Positions 1 to 12,024 are shown, counted from the stretch's first letter. The stretch: 64,000 nucleotides of DNA from Octopus sinensis (GCF_006345805.1 NC_043006.1:69936001-70000000); one strand, 5' to 3'. Translations and numbers: made by a program. Notes: generated by a model from the letters alone, not told the origin.

Positions 1-399
1 CCCCAAATGACATTTGCCAGGCCAACCTATGCACAACACACACTCAGTGACATTGAAATGGACGGCCAAAGTTCTTATAAAACCACAGGGGATCCAGCAG
101 ACCAACGGAAATAACACTTCTTCACTCTCAGATATAAATGCGCACACACACACACACACATACGCACACACACACCACACACACACACACCACATACACA
201 CATATTTTCTCTCTGTCTCACTTCCTCCTCACCCACTACTACGAAACTATAAAAAGGTTCAAACTACCCACAACTGATTTGATTTGAAACCCACTAGAAT
301 GGGAGCAAGCGCTAATCCGAATGATATGATATATATGTAAAAAATGTAATATATAAATAATATCTACAAATATGAACCATCTGATCTGATTACCTCAAT

Positions 400-445
<46 letters not shown>

Positions 446-466
446 ATATATATTATTTATATATAT

Positions 467-1758
467 CGAGGGGCGTTCAATAAGTATGCCCCTGACCCAC
501 TTCCCATAGGGGTAGAGCAACGAAACTTGGCATAGTTATAGTCTTCTTCTACATAGGAACCACACAGAGTTACGCATTTCTCCCATTGTTTGATGCAGCT
601 CTGGAGGCCGTTTTTATAGAAGACCCCAGCTTGGTCCCCCAACCATGACGTGACTTCAGAAATCAAGGCTGCATCATATAGGAAACTCTTTCCTTTCAAA
701 AACAACTTCATGGCTGGGAAGAGGTGAAAATCAGAGGGTGCAAGGTCAAGAGAATAGGGGAATGGGGGAGGAGTTCATAGCCGCGCGCATGTGCTTCTGA
801 TCTGGCGACACGCGAGTTGTGGACCGGAGCGTTGTCCTGCAGGAGGAGGATGCCTTTGGTGATCTTGCCCCGCCTCTTGATTTTGATAGCTTCTCTTAAT
901 TTCCTCAAAAGTGAAGCATAATAGGCTCTTGTAATTGTGGTACCCTTTGCCAGGAAATCTGTCATCACTACTCCGTCCTGGTCCCAGAAGATTCTGAGCA
1001 TGACCGTGCCAGCGGAGGGCTGCACCCTTGCCTTCTTTGGAGGAATTGAGTCACGGTGCTTCGACTGCATTGATTGGGCTTTGGTCTCTGGATCATAGTG
1101 ATGGATCCAGGTTTCATCCTGTGTAATCAGTCTTTTGAAAAATTTTGACTAATCTTCTTGGCACATCTCCAAATTCATCCTCGAGCACTCAACGCGTTCT
1201 TGCTTCTGGAAAGGTGTGAGCAACCTGGGAATCCATCTGGCAGACACCTTTTGCATATGCAAATGGTCATGAATGATAGTCTCCACAGACCCGGTACTAA
1301 TCTTGACGTAATGGGCTATTTGGTGAATAGTTATGCATCGATCTTCCAAAATGGCAGCCTCACCTTGACAGACAGATGCCTCATCAATGGCAGAAGTGGG
1401 GCGACCAGATCTGGGAGCTGTTTCCACAGAGTTCCGACCATGTTTGAATTCACGATGCCAGCGTTTTACAAGGTCATATGATGGGGCATCATCACCATAA
1501 GTTACTTTCATTTCATCAAAAGTCTCCCGTGGTGTGCGACCTTTCAAATACAAAATCCGGATCACTGCTCGACACTCAACGGGCTCTATTTCACACTTGA
1601 CTCAGTTCAAAACACCTGTAAATCAGAAACCACAATTAGTTCAGAGCTGTAATTTGCTAATTAATCTATTAGAGATATAAATAATTGCACATGCAAAATT
1701 TCAGCTAGATCAAAAACAAACGCAAGTGAGTCAGGGGCATTACTTATTGAACGTCCTC

Positions 1759-1759
<1 letters not shown>
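467..1759 (-). mobile_element. Full-length mariner (D,D34D) DNA transposon, about 1.29 kb
   Basis: TIRs CGAGGGGCGTTCAATAAGTA-TGCCCCTGAC (467) and its reverse complement ending at 1759, followed by TA. Internal transposase motifs are present. Confidence 0.95.
490..1589 (-). pseudogene. Mariner transposase pseudogene
   Basis: HTH region (KRWHREFKHGRNSVETAPRSGRP), WIPRLLT, ITQDETWIHHY, QDNAPVH...YSLDLAPSD with 34-residue D-D spacing. Lesions: ATA start (1587-1589), in-frame TAG (1149-1151), 1-bp deletion near 760. Confidence 0.93.
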
Positions 1760-1796
<37 letters not shown>

Positions 1797-1838
1797 GTAT
1801 ATATATATACATATACATATATATATATATATATATAT

Positions 1839-1875
<37 letters not shown>

Positions 1876-1879
1876 TATG

Positions 1880-1990
1880 CAGTTTTTCAGATGACAGATC
1901 CCGAAGAGATGGTGGTGTGGATTTCCACCTCGGCATCCAAAACTCAGTTTTATCTTGGCTACTGATAATGTCACATATTATTTTACAGAT
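1880..1990 (+). repeat. Decayed direct copy of the hammerhead-bearing unit at 2340-2440
   Basis: GAAGAGATG...CATCCAAAACTC...TTTTATC..GGCTAC...ATGTCACATATTAT aligns with 2351-2432. Confidence 0.75.
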
Positions 1991-2048
1991 AATTCCTCTA
2001 TTTACATATATTGAGGTCTCTTTCTTTTTTTTTGTATCTACCGTTTTT

Positions 2049-2168
<120 letters not shown>

Positions 2169-2343
2169 CATAATATATATATATATATATATAATTATAT
2201 ATATATATATATATATATACAGTTTGAAAGGCTCATAGCCATTCAGAAGCGCGCAGATGTTGTAACTTTACTTGTGTCTATTTGTCACCTCACCAAATAA
2301 TGGATATTTAATTGAAGTTAACAGCTCTTGTTATCGATGGCCC

Positions 2344-2404
2344 GATAACTGAAGAGATGCCAGTGTGGGTTTCAGCCCCGACATCCGAAACTCGGAGTTT
2401 TATC
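2344..2404 (+). ncRNA. Type I hammerhead ribozyme-like motif
   Basis: Stem I GATAA/TTATC, core CTGAAGA (2349-2355), stem II GATG..CATC with an inner hairpin, extra C, GAAA, near-palindromic stem III ACTC-G-GAGT, site GUU. Confidence 0.65.
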
Positions 2405-2498
2405 ATGGCTACCGAATACATGTCACATATTATATTTACGGATATATATATTATATATATATATGTGTGTGTATGTGTGTGGGGGTGTGTGTGTGTGT

Positions 2499-2867
2499 AG
2501 GCGCAATGACCCAGTTGTTAGGGCAGCGGACTCGTGGTCGTAACATCGACGTTTCGATTCCCAGACCGAACGGTGCGAGTGTTTACTGAAGACACGTAAA
2601 GCACCACGAGGTTCGGGCAGGGGATGGTAGTGAAACGTGCTCTACTCTTTCACCACAACTTTCTCTCACTCTTTCTCCGTTTCTGTTGTACCTGTATTTC
2701 AAAAGGACAGCCTTATCCCTCTCTGTGTCTCGCTGAATCTCCCCAAGAACTACGTTAAGTGTACACGTGTCTGTGGAGTGCTCAGCCACTTCCACGTTAA
2801 TTTCACGAGCAGACTGTTCCCTTGTTCGGATCAACAGGAACCCTTTTCGTCGTAACCGATGGAGTAC
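2499..2867 (+). mobile_element. tRNA-derived SINE family C (octopus OR-like), near full length
   Basis: A-box/B-box head (GACCCAGTTGTTAGG...GTTTCGATTCCC). Homologous to the copy at 61350. Confidence 0.85.
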
Positions 2868-2938
2868 TACGATATATGTAATAAAAGTCAGAAGACATAA
2901 ATATTTGAAGACATAATAGCGTATGAAACTATTACGAT

Positions 2939-3045
2939 AAAACCACCATGTGGATTTCTTACTTGCTAAAAATGGCAGTCAAAGCCTCAAAAACCACCGT
3001 GTGAATTTCTTACATGCTAAAAATAGCAGTCGAAGCTTAAAACCA
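2939..3045. repeat. About 51-bp diverged tandem duplication
   Basis: AACCACC.TGTG.ATTTCTTAC.TGCTAAAAAT.GCAGTC.AAGC occurs twice. Confidence 0.8.
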
Positions 3046-3484
3046 CGATAAAACATTCTTACATTAAAGCACGATACCAACATTGCACGGTTTTTATTGC
3101 TTATGAACATCACGAATGAAGCAGTGACTGGCGTGGAACTGAAAATCCCATAAAGCATCAGTTGGAGAGAGATATTGTATAACTAAACAGGATGTTCGGT
3201 CTCACTCGCCTCAAATTAGTGATATTAACGTTACGAAGAAATAGCTTCGGCGAAAATTTTCCCATGCAATTACGTCTTGCGAGTCATGTGACAAAACAAC
3301 GTGAGTGAGTCTCCTCTCAAGATGATATCCTTCGTGCAGCTGTTCACAAAACAATTTGTTCCCATTAGACACACACGTAGGCACACATACACACACGCAG
3401 AAGCATTTCATGCACACACACAAAAGCATATACAGAATAATTTTAAGATATTTATGGCCTGGGTAATTTCCATAAATTACAGAA

Positions 3485-3578
3485 AAACGTATTTCAAATT
3501 TTAGCGTTTGAATATTTTGTTTATATATATATATATATATAACCAAAATATTCAAACGCTATAATTTTAAATACGTTT
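3485..3578. repeat. Short hairpin with about 34-bp arms around a (TA)n loop
   Basis: AAACGTATTTCAAATTTTAGCGTTTGAATATTTTG versus CAAAATATTCAAACGCTATAATTTTAAATACGTTT. Confidence 0.85.
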
Positions 3579-3685
3579 ATATATATAATTATATTATAAT
3601 ATATAACAAAGTGAAATTGTAAGGTACCGCACGAATGGAAATATATATGAAAGAAGGTTTGAAAATGCAATATTAAAGATATTTA

Positions 3686-3733
3686 TTTACTTGACTGGTT
3701 TCACTTTTTTAGAAAAAGATTGTCAAAAGTAAA
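3686..3733 (-). ncRNA. Hammerhead-like motif, U3-A8 core variant
   Basis: TTTACTT-TTGACAA-TCTTTTTCTAAAAAAGT-GAAACCAGT-C-AAGTAAA on the minus strand. Confidence 0.55.
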
Positions 3734-4134
3734 ATGTAAAGCTTTGTAAAAGCTTTGTTGTGGTAAGTACTGATTGTCACAAAAGTATTAAAATACATAT
3801 ATACATTCTTTGACAATAATAAGAAAATATTAAAAACAGTTTACAAGGAAATATCTTGAGAAAATATTAAACAAAAATTTCAATAAAATATTAGGATTTC
3901 ATTAAAAATCATGTTTGTTTGGAAGTATCTATATCTATATACAGAAAAGTATTAGTTCAAAAAAAGTCATATTTGGTAGTATATATACACAGAAGGAGAT
4001 ATATTTTCTCAAGATATTTCCTTGTAAGCTGTTTTTAACATTTTCTTATTATTATCAAAGAATGTATATATGTATTTTAATACTTTTGTGACAACCAGTA
4101 CTTAACATAACAAAGCTTATACAAAGCTTTACAT

Positions 4135-4182
4135 TTTACTTTTGACAATCTTTTTCTAAAAAAATGAAACCGGTCAAGTAAA
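4135..4182 (+). ncRNA. Hammerhead-like motif, U3-A8 core variant
   Basis: 7-bp stem I TTTACTT/AAGTAAA, core TTGACAA (4142-4148), GAAA, palindromic ACCGGT, GUC site at 4173-4175. Confidence 0.62.
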
Positions 4183-4316
4183 TAAACATCTTTAAAATTG
4201 CGTTTTCAACCTTCTTTCATATATATATACATATTTATATATATGTATGTATGTATGTATATATATGTATGTATGTATGTATGTATGATGTATGTATGTA
4301 TGTAATGTATATATAT

Positions 4317-4371
<55 letters not shown>

Positions 4372-4750
4372 TATATATACAGTTTGTACAATGTAAGCGT
4401 AGCAGTCAACATGACATTTGACGGAAAATAAACGAGTGGGCACATATAAGTAGGTCAAATTTATTCAAATATAACATTACATGTGCAAAACAAAGTTCTT
4501 GAATGACAGAATTTCTCATACTTTTTCTTTTTTGTCTCTTTTTCTTTTTATATATATGACTATTTGCATTACATAACATCTACTACATTTCTTTTAACAA
4601 ATCAAGCCCCTTGCTACAATTTATTCAATATGCTTTATACATTTCAACAAGTCACATGTATTGTTTTGTATCTGTTTCAGAAATATCCGAGATGTGTATA
4701 AAACACGTTGATATATGAGTTGTGGTTTATGTTTGTATAAAATTGTACAT

Positions 4751-4865
4751 AGGCGTAGGAGTAGCTGTGTGGTAAGTAGCTTGCTTACGAACTACATCCT
4801 TCCGTGTTCAGTCCCACTGCATGGCACCTTGGGCAAGAGTCTTCTACTATAGACTCGGGCCGACC
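4751..4865 (+). mobile_element. SINE family B 5' head (truncated)
   Basis: AGGCGTAGGAGTAGCTGTGTGGTAAG...GTTCAGTCCC...CACCTTGGGCAAG matches the full copies at 35423 and 34783. Confidence 0.85.
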
Positions 4866-6300
4866 ATATTGAAGTGTCCGTTTCACCATTACATAAGGGA
4901 AAACCGGAAAAGATACCTGGATGACTGTTTTATCATTTGGAAGGACACCATTGATAGACTTTTGGAATTCAAATCAACACTAAATGATATAAACCGTAAC
5001 ATTCAATACACAATGGAATATAGCAAAGAACTGCTCCTATTTTTTTTTATATAATGATAACAAAAATGTCAGCAACCAAATTATTACTGGCATCTATAAT
5101 AAACCAACGGACTCGAAGCAATATCTCCTTTTTACCTCATGCCACCCGAAACACATCAAAATAAATATCCCCTTTAATTTGGCAAAAAGGTTTTGAACTA
5201 TAGTGTCTGACAGAACTGCTCGGACCTTCGTCTTCAAGACCTCAGAACAACTCTAACTAGAAGACAATATCCACTCTCACTTATACACGATGGGGAAAAA
5301 GCGTGCCAAGAAATTAGACATAAAAGCACTAAGGAAACAAAACCTAACACCACACCTCAGCTCAAAACACTACTTTATATATCAACTCACAACCCTAGAA
5401 ACAATGAGGCATACAGCACTATTGTGTAAAATCTTCCTTTACTAACTAAAGACCCAAAAAGGAACATCCTGAAAAACATAGATTCATCAAATGCGAAAAG
5501 CAACACGAATGGCTAAAGATACTTCTAACAAATGCGAAACTTTACACAACAACCACGAAACCAGCACTTAAAAAATGTGGATGCTCAAACATGCTCTAAC
5601 CTATTTGAAAGCTCGGATTTTCTTGCAAAAAAGGAGTGAGGTTCACAATTAAAACCAACTTCACTTGTGCTTCTGAGAATTTAATTTATGTAATAATCTG
5701 CTCGGGTTGTGGACATCATTATATAGGATAGACGAGTATGACATTGAAACGGAGAACCACTCTGTATAAAGAGCAGATCTGGTTCCCGCCATACAGACAG
5801 ATTCCTTTAAATAAACACATAAAGAGATGTGCAGGTAACATCAAACCAAATTTCGTAGTTTTCTCTTTACACCAGTGCAACGACACAATTTCTATACAAG
5901 AACGTTTAAATAAAGAAATTTATTCATCAAAAATACAGAACACGTCTAAATATGTACGCATAACCAACTTTGATCTCTATACATATTTTAATTCACGATT
6001 ACACCCATCACTGTACATATTCCTCCCCGCTACTCTAGATTTTGAATTTTTATGTATATTCCCCCACCCCCGAATGGTGAACAATTATCTCTCCTATCCA
6101 CAATTATAACTATCACAATTACCTCCCCTTAGCTTTTTCTATCTATTGAGTCATTCATTCATAAACTCCACACATGGACAAACTAATTTTTCTTAAGAAA
6201 ATACGTAATTAAAATAATTTTAATGTCGTGATTAGCGAAAGCGAAACCGTTCGACAAACACAATATAAAATGTATTAAAACTATGTAAAGTGTGAGCATT
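4866..6300 (+). mobile_element. 5'-truncated Penelope-like element (RT plus GIY-YIG), decayed
   Basis: RT motifs KRYLDDCFIIW, YNKPTDSKQYL..SCHPKH; GIY-YIG region NLIYVIICSGCG..YIG..S..LKRR..; hammerhead relic near the 3' end. Confidence 0.9.
6224..6256 (+). ncRNA. Decayed minimal hammerhead in the PLE 3' region
   Basis: TGTC-GTGATTA-GC(GAAA)GC-GAAA-CCGTT-C-GACA. Stems I and II are intact; core and stem III are mutated. Confidence 0.5.
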
Positions 6301-6360
6301 TTCCATCTTTAATTTCTGATATATCTATATCTATTTATTCTTATATAATTATTCTTATAT

Positions 6361-7029
6361 CTTTATTGCCCACAAGGGGCTAAACATAAAAGGGACAAAC
6401 AAGGACAGACAAAGAGATTAAGTCGATTACATCGACCTCAGTGTGTAACTTGTACAGAATTTATCGACCCCGAAAGGATGAAAGGTAAAGTCGACCTCGG
6501 CAGAATTTGAACTCTGAACGTAACGGCAGACGAAATACCTATTTCTTTACTACCCATAAGAGGCTAAACACAGAGGGGACAAACAAGGACAGACAGACGG
6601 ATTAATTCGATTATATCGACCCCAGTGGTACTTAATTTATCTGGTACTTAATTATCGACCCCGAAAGGATGAAAGGCAAAGTCGACCTCGGCGGAATTTG
6701 AACTCAGAACGTAGCGGCAGACGAAATACCGCTAAGCATTTCGCCCGGTGTGCTAACGTTTCTGCCAGATCGCCGCCTTCGGCAGACGAATGATCGATTT
6801 CTTTACTATCCACAAGGGGCTAAACACAGAGAGGACAAGCAAGGACAGACAAACGGATTAAGTCGATTATATCGACCCCAGTGCATAACTGGTACTTAAT
6901 TTATCGACCCCGAAAAGGATGAAAGGCAAAGTCGACCTCGGTGGAATTTGAACTCAGAACGTAGCGGTAGACGAAATACCGCTAAGCATTTCTCCCGGTG
7001 TGCTAACGTTTCTGCCAGCTCGCCGCCTT
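6361..7029 (-). mobile_element. Array of three SINE family A units (two full, one headless)
   Basis: Full units at 6797-7029 and 6541-6779, headless unit at 6361-6540. Head GGCGGCGAGCTGGCAGAAACGTTAG, B-box GTTCAAATTCC, tail GCCCCTTGTGGG..AAAGAAA. Confidence 0.95.
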
Positions 7030-7587
7030 GAGTTGAGCCATTTCTATTCTCTGAAGGATTCTTTGTTTAATAAATAAGAGCTAGCACCATGCGCTTATTA
7101 TGCTCAAGGAGCAAGCACTACTAACTCTGTACCTTTGTACTTTCGACTGCTCAGCGTGCTATCTATAATTTTAAAGTTATGAAGTGGGGTCGTATGTGAG
7201 TGGTTTTACATAAAAATAAAAAGGTGCCACAAAGAATGTAATCGACAATTCGTTTCTATTACAAGTTACTATTAGAGATGGATCTAAACATATGGCAAAC
7301 TAGTCGCAATCATATATCCATCCCCATAGTGATGCATTTTACTGAACTAGATTACTTACTAACGCTTAAAAGTTTCATGCCATCGATCCAAAACTATTGT
7401 AGACATCAGTGAATCGCAAATAAAACAATATATCTGTGTGTTTGTTTGTTTGTTTGTGCATGTGTTTTTATGTATGACATTGTTCAGTTTTGTTTCAAGA
7501 TTTCTGGCCAATAGAAAAAGAGCCGGTTTCTAACCTAGATCCGAGGCTCGTTCATTGGCATTTTTACATCAACAACAAGGTATTTTT

Positions 7588-7764
7588 GTATGTATGTATG
7601 AATGTATGAATGTATGTATGTATGTATGTATGTATGTATGTATGTATGTATGTATGCGTGTAGGCATATATGTATATATATGTGTGTGTACGTGCTTAAA
7701 TACATATATGTATGTATATAACGTGTCAACGTCTGGATAGATATTTATAAATATATTACCTATG

Positions 7765-7823
<59 letters not shown>

Positions 7824-7835
7824 ATGCTATGCATG

Positions 7836-7870
<35 letters not shown>

Positions 7871-7935
7871 ATATATGCATTCATAAACACATACGTATAT
7901 ATATGCATAAATATATATGTATATATATACATATT

Positions 7936-7981
<46 letters not shown>

Positions 7982-8230
7982 TTATGTATACACACAACAT
8001 ATACATATATATATATACACACAAATCTCTACATATATACACGCACCTCCAAAGACCACACAATAAATGCATACATGTGCATACAAACGTATATGCACAT
8101 TTATATGTATGTATACACACACACACATACACACGTGTATATACACACACATACGCATATATAATTATGCATAAATACGCAAACATACATATTTATATAT
8201 GTAAATATAAATATGTACCACTGCATAGAA
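7588..8230. repeat. Compound (TATG)n/(TA)n/(TG)n/(CA)n microsatellite field
   Basis: Directly visible. Confidence 0.95.
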
Positions 8231-8504
8231 TAACCATTTGGATGTATGTCACATCATCTTATATATTCTGTTTCATTCATTTATTTATTAATTTTTTATT
8301 TGGATCCGATTTCATTCCATTGTTCAGTAAATCCTGTTTTGTTTTGTAATCTCCCTCGTTCCCTCGTGGGCAATACATATAAATAAAAAAATCACTATTG
8401 TTAAATTCCACTGTTTTTTTTTTATTTTTACATTTGTAATTTATCTTCGTAATTTTCCTCAAACCAACACCCATGTGGCTACAAAACAAATTATGATAGT
8501 TATC

Positions 8505-8594
8505 ATCATCGTTGTCATCATCATCATCATCCTCATCATTTTTCTTCTTCTTCTTCTTCTTCTTCTTCTTCTTCTTCTTCTTCTTCTTCTTCTT

Positions 8595-8625
<31 letters not shown>

Positions 8626-8652
8626 TCATTATTATTATTATTATTATTATTA

Positions 8653-8703
<51 letters not shown>

Positions 8704-8792
8704 CATCACCATCATAAACATTATTGGTATTGTTATTATTACAACCACTTATAGTTATATTGTTAATACTAGATCTATTATTGTTATTAAAT

Positions 8793-8836
<44 letters not shown>

Positions 8837-8840
8837 TGTC
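8505..8840. repeat. Compound trinucleotide microsatellite (CAT/CTT/TAT/TAG)
   Basis: Directly visible. Confidence 0.95.
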
Positions 8841-9171
8841 TCCAGTGTCATTGTTTCCATCGCCTCAATTTCATGGTATACCGGATATTTGTTCCTGTTC
8901 TTTAGAAAAAAATTCATTGGAATTAGTAATCTTGTGTCCCAACAGATTTTTCAGATTTTCCTCCACATTTCTCTAGTTTGTGGAATAAAATGGAATAGCA
9001 ACAAAAGTAAATTGTGGTTTTTGCGTTCAAATAACAACCTGTCAGTTATATTTTTCTTTATATCCCTCCGGGGGTTTTTGTACCCGTCTGTCTGTCATAC
9101 CGTGCTTCTTGCAACAATATAAGGAATTGTTATTATTATTTCTACTACTACTACTACTACTACTACTACTT

Positions 9172-9255
9172 TGGCGGCGAGCTGTCAGGATCGTTAGTTT
9201 GCCGGTCTAAATGTTTAGCGGTCTTTTGTCCGTCATTACATTCTGAGTTCAACTA
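9172..9255 (+). mobile_element. Decayed SINE A head
   Basis: GGCGGCGAGCTGTCAGGATCGTTAG...TTCTGAGTTCAA. Confidence 0.7.
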
Positions 9256-9319
9256 TATTATGGTTGCGAGATAATAGGGATGTTACTTTGACGTTTCTGA
9301 CGTCCCCTTTTCATTCTCT

Positions 9320-9438
9320 TTTCATCCCACGTAATAATAACTACTACTACTACTACTACTACTACCACAACCACCACCACCACCACCACCACCACCACCA
9401 AAACCACCACCACCACCACCACCACCAAAACCACCACC

Positions 9439-9490
<52 letters not shown>
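9320..9490. repeat. (TAC)n/(CAC)n compound microsatellite
   Basis: Directly visible. Confidence 0.95.
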
Positions 9491-9695
9491 GTCTATCAAC
9501 AAGTGTTGTACATCTCTCAGTAAGTTTTGTTGATATTCATATTGTTACACATTGTTATACATTGTAATTTTGTTATCGTTACTTAGTTAAACTAACCAGA
9601 CTTTGGGAGTTGGTTGGTTCTCCATATTTATCCTTTAGGGGTTATTTTGGTGTTTGTTTTGGGCTAAGACATCCATCATTCTTTTGTTTAAAAAG

Positions 9696-11223
9696 ATGGC
9701 GAATGCGAATTGTCCGTCCGCCGAAAGGGACAGCCGGTCATCCGGAAAAGAGAACAACCGAGTTGTAAACGACAATGACTGCTGTAGCAGCAGCAGCAGC
9801 AGTAGCAGGAACAACAACAACAATGACAGCAATAGCGCACGTGAGGCTAATACGAAAGCAATTTTTCCTTGCTTTTACCATCCACTCCACCATCGCAGGA
9901 ACAAAAGAAATCATTGACAAAAGGCGATAACATAAGCAAGAACACTGTCTCCTCCACGGCTACCACCGGTGGCAGCAGCAGGCCCACCACCATCACCACC
10001 AACAATGTCACTAATGAAAAAGATAACAAATGAAAACGAGACATGCAAATCCTGTCGAAACGTGTTCGACTTTGCGAGGGAAACCAGAGAAGTAAGTAAA
10101 GACATATTTTATAGACGAAAATAAATTCACGATTGCGAAAGGCGTATTGGAGAAATGTGGAAGAAACGTGGTACCAAATATTCCTAGAACTGCCCAGTAA
10201 GAAATTAATTTGCAGACAGTTTTATATAAAACTACTGGAGCCAAAACAAGGAAAGTGGAGCGGGCAATACAGCAGCAAATAGAGAAATGCTTAAAACCAG
10301 TTTGGAAAAGCAAAACCTATGTAGCCAGGGGAAAGAAATATGGGACTGTCGAGGGGAGGCCCGCCTCAGAGGGGGAGGCCAAATATCATTCGATAGCTAC
10401 ACTAGCGAGTTACGGGCTCATACTCATCCCCATCTACCTTGGTCGAAAAGTATTCTAACTCTAAATACTCAACATCCTACCAAAGATAAATATCTGCTAG
10501 TTAGTAGCTGCAATTCTCCTCGACACAGAAGAGAAAACTACGATTCTGCGAATGGTTAGGCCAGAGGATGCAGCCACTAATACAGGCAGACCAGGGGACG
10601 TGGAGGTTATCCCGGACTATAAAATCCTACCGGGTGGCACAAAGTCTCATGTGGATGTTGGGGCAGAAAGCCAAGATGCCGTCTGTGCAGGGACACAAAT
10701 CATCATTAATCTTTCTGCCCACAGCAAAAGAGAGAAGTGAGCTCCCCACCCATTTTTGCCGACATCAAAGCAGAAACAGTTGACTAGAGCTGAAAAAAAC
10801 AACAGTAACTGTAGTAGCAGCAACTGCAAGCACAGAAACACCGACAGCATTTGCAGTAACTACAAGAACAACATGCACAACCCAATTCACACACAGCTTT
10901 CAGATCGCACATCTCAACACCAGCAAAATTCAAATATTTTGAACTGTAGAGCAATAGACACGAACAATAAAAAAGTAATGGATTACATACATACATTTCA
11001 CACATACCGATTTTATCACACCAAAAAAGAACCCACCAACATATTTTAAAGTCATACAAACATCACAACACACATATAACACTAAAAAAAATACCCTGAA
11101 GAAATAGGGACTTTCCAGAGAGACATACATTTACGAATATATGAAGAACTGCTCGTAGAAACGCCCACACTTACCTATGAGGACGGAACATCCACCCCCT
11201 CCTCACCAACTAAATCACAGTAA
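9696..11223 (+). pseudogene. Decayed gag-like ORF1 of a non-LTR retrotransposon (Tx1/L1-like)
   Basis: Frameshifted segments IEKCLKPVWK..YVARGKKYGTVE..LIPIYLGRK and a degenerate zinc knuckle (ILPGGTKSHVDVGAESQDAVC). Family assignment is from memory. Confidence 0.6.
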
Positions 11224-11289
11224 GGAGCCTTTTCCGCTTCTATACTTTTATCTCTTTTGCTTTATGTGTGAGGGAAGTGTTGCACTTTT

Positions 11290-11870
11290 CAGGTGCTCTA
11301 TTTGCCGTCAAAACCTGCTGAATAGAGGGCTGGGCATGCCGTAGCTTCTGATGCGCAGACATGTGCTGAAGCTGCAACATCTCTAGCGCTTCCTAGAACG
11401 TGAACAGGTGGGGTTGCCGTTTTCCCAGACAAGATTTCCCACAGCTCGTCTCGTCTTAGCTGCAGTCCTGGATCAAGCGTAGAGCGAGGCAAGACGCCTG
11501 ACATCTAGAGTGCCGTCAGACGCCCACAATTCTCTGTCAGTCGGACAATGCGGTCCGTGGAAGCTCCACTCAGTCGTTCTATAAAGGGTTAATGGCGGGC
11601 AAGTTCTTGGGGAGACTATGGACGTCGTTAAGAATGACTTGGTTCCAGAGGACTTTCGGGAGGGGACTCATGGATAACTTCCAGAAATCCCTGGCCTGGC
11701 AATGCCACCGAGGGGCATTGCGGGTTTGGGATAAACTTTACAGGCATGGAAGCGCTGTCAGTCAGGATTGCCCGAGGCGTGCGCAGAGTGACGAAGCAGT
11801 TCTGAACGCTCCACAAGCATATCTGTGGTATTGAGCAGTATATTTGCTGTAGCCCATGTTTATACCAAGA
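11290..11870 (+). mobile_element. Tx1/L1-type LINE ORF2 C-terminal fragment (zf-RVT region)
   Basis: DNFQKSLAWQCHRGALRVWDKLYRHGSAVSQDCPRRAQSDE; homologous to 15500-15700. Confidence 0.75.
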
Positions 11871-11934
11871 CAAAACAATGTACATGATAACACTTCCAAT
11901 CAGTTAAAATCAGAAGCCACGAAAGCCACTGCCT

Positions 11935-11935
11935 G

Positions 11936-12024
<89 letters not shown>

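Larger units (their letters stand above)
3634..4225. mobile_element. Inverted pair of about 230-bp PLE pseudo-LTR-like fragments
   Basis: 3634-3866 is the reverse complement of about 4000-4225. A third, more diverged copy lies at 22575-22850. Each carries a hammerhead-like motif. Confidence 0.75.

Noticed and set aside
6361-7029. CRISPR-like or satellite interpretation of the repeated ~180-230 bp units
   Set aside because: The units have tRNA-type A/B boxes and no unique spacers, and dispersed solo copies exist. This is a SINE array in eukaryotic DNA.
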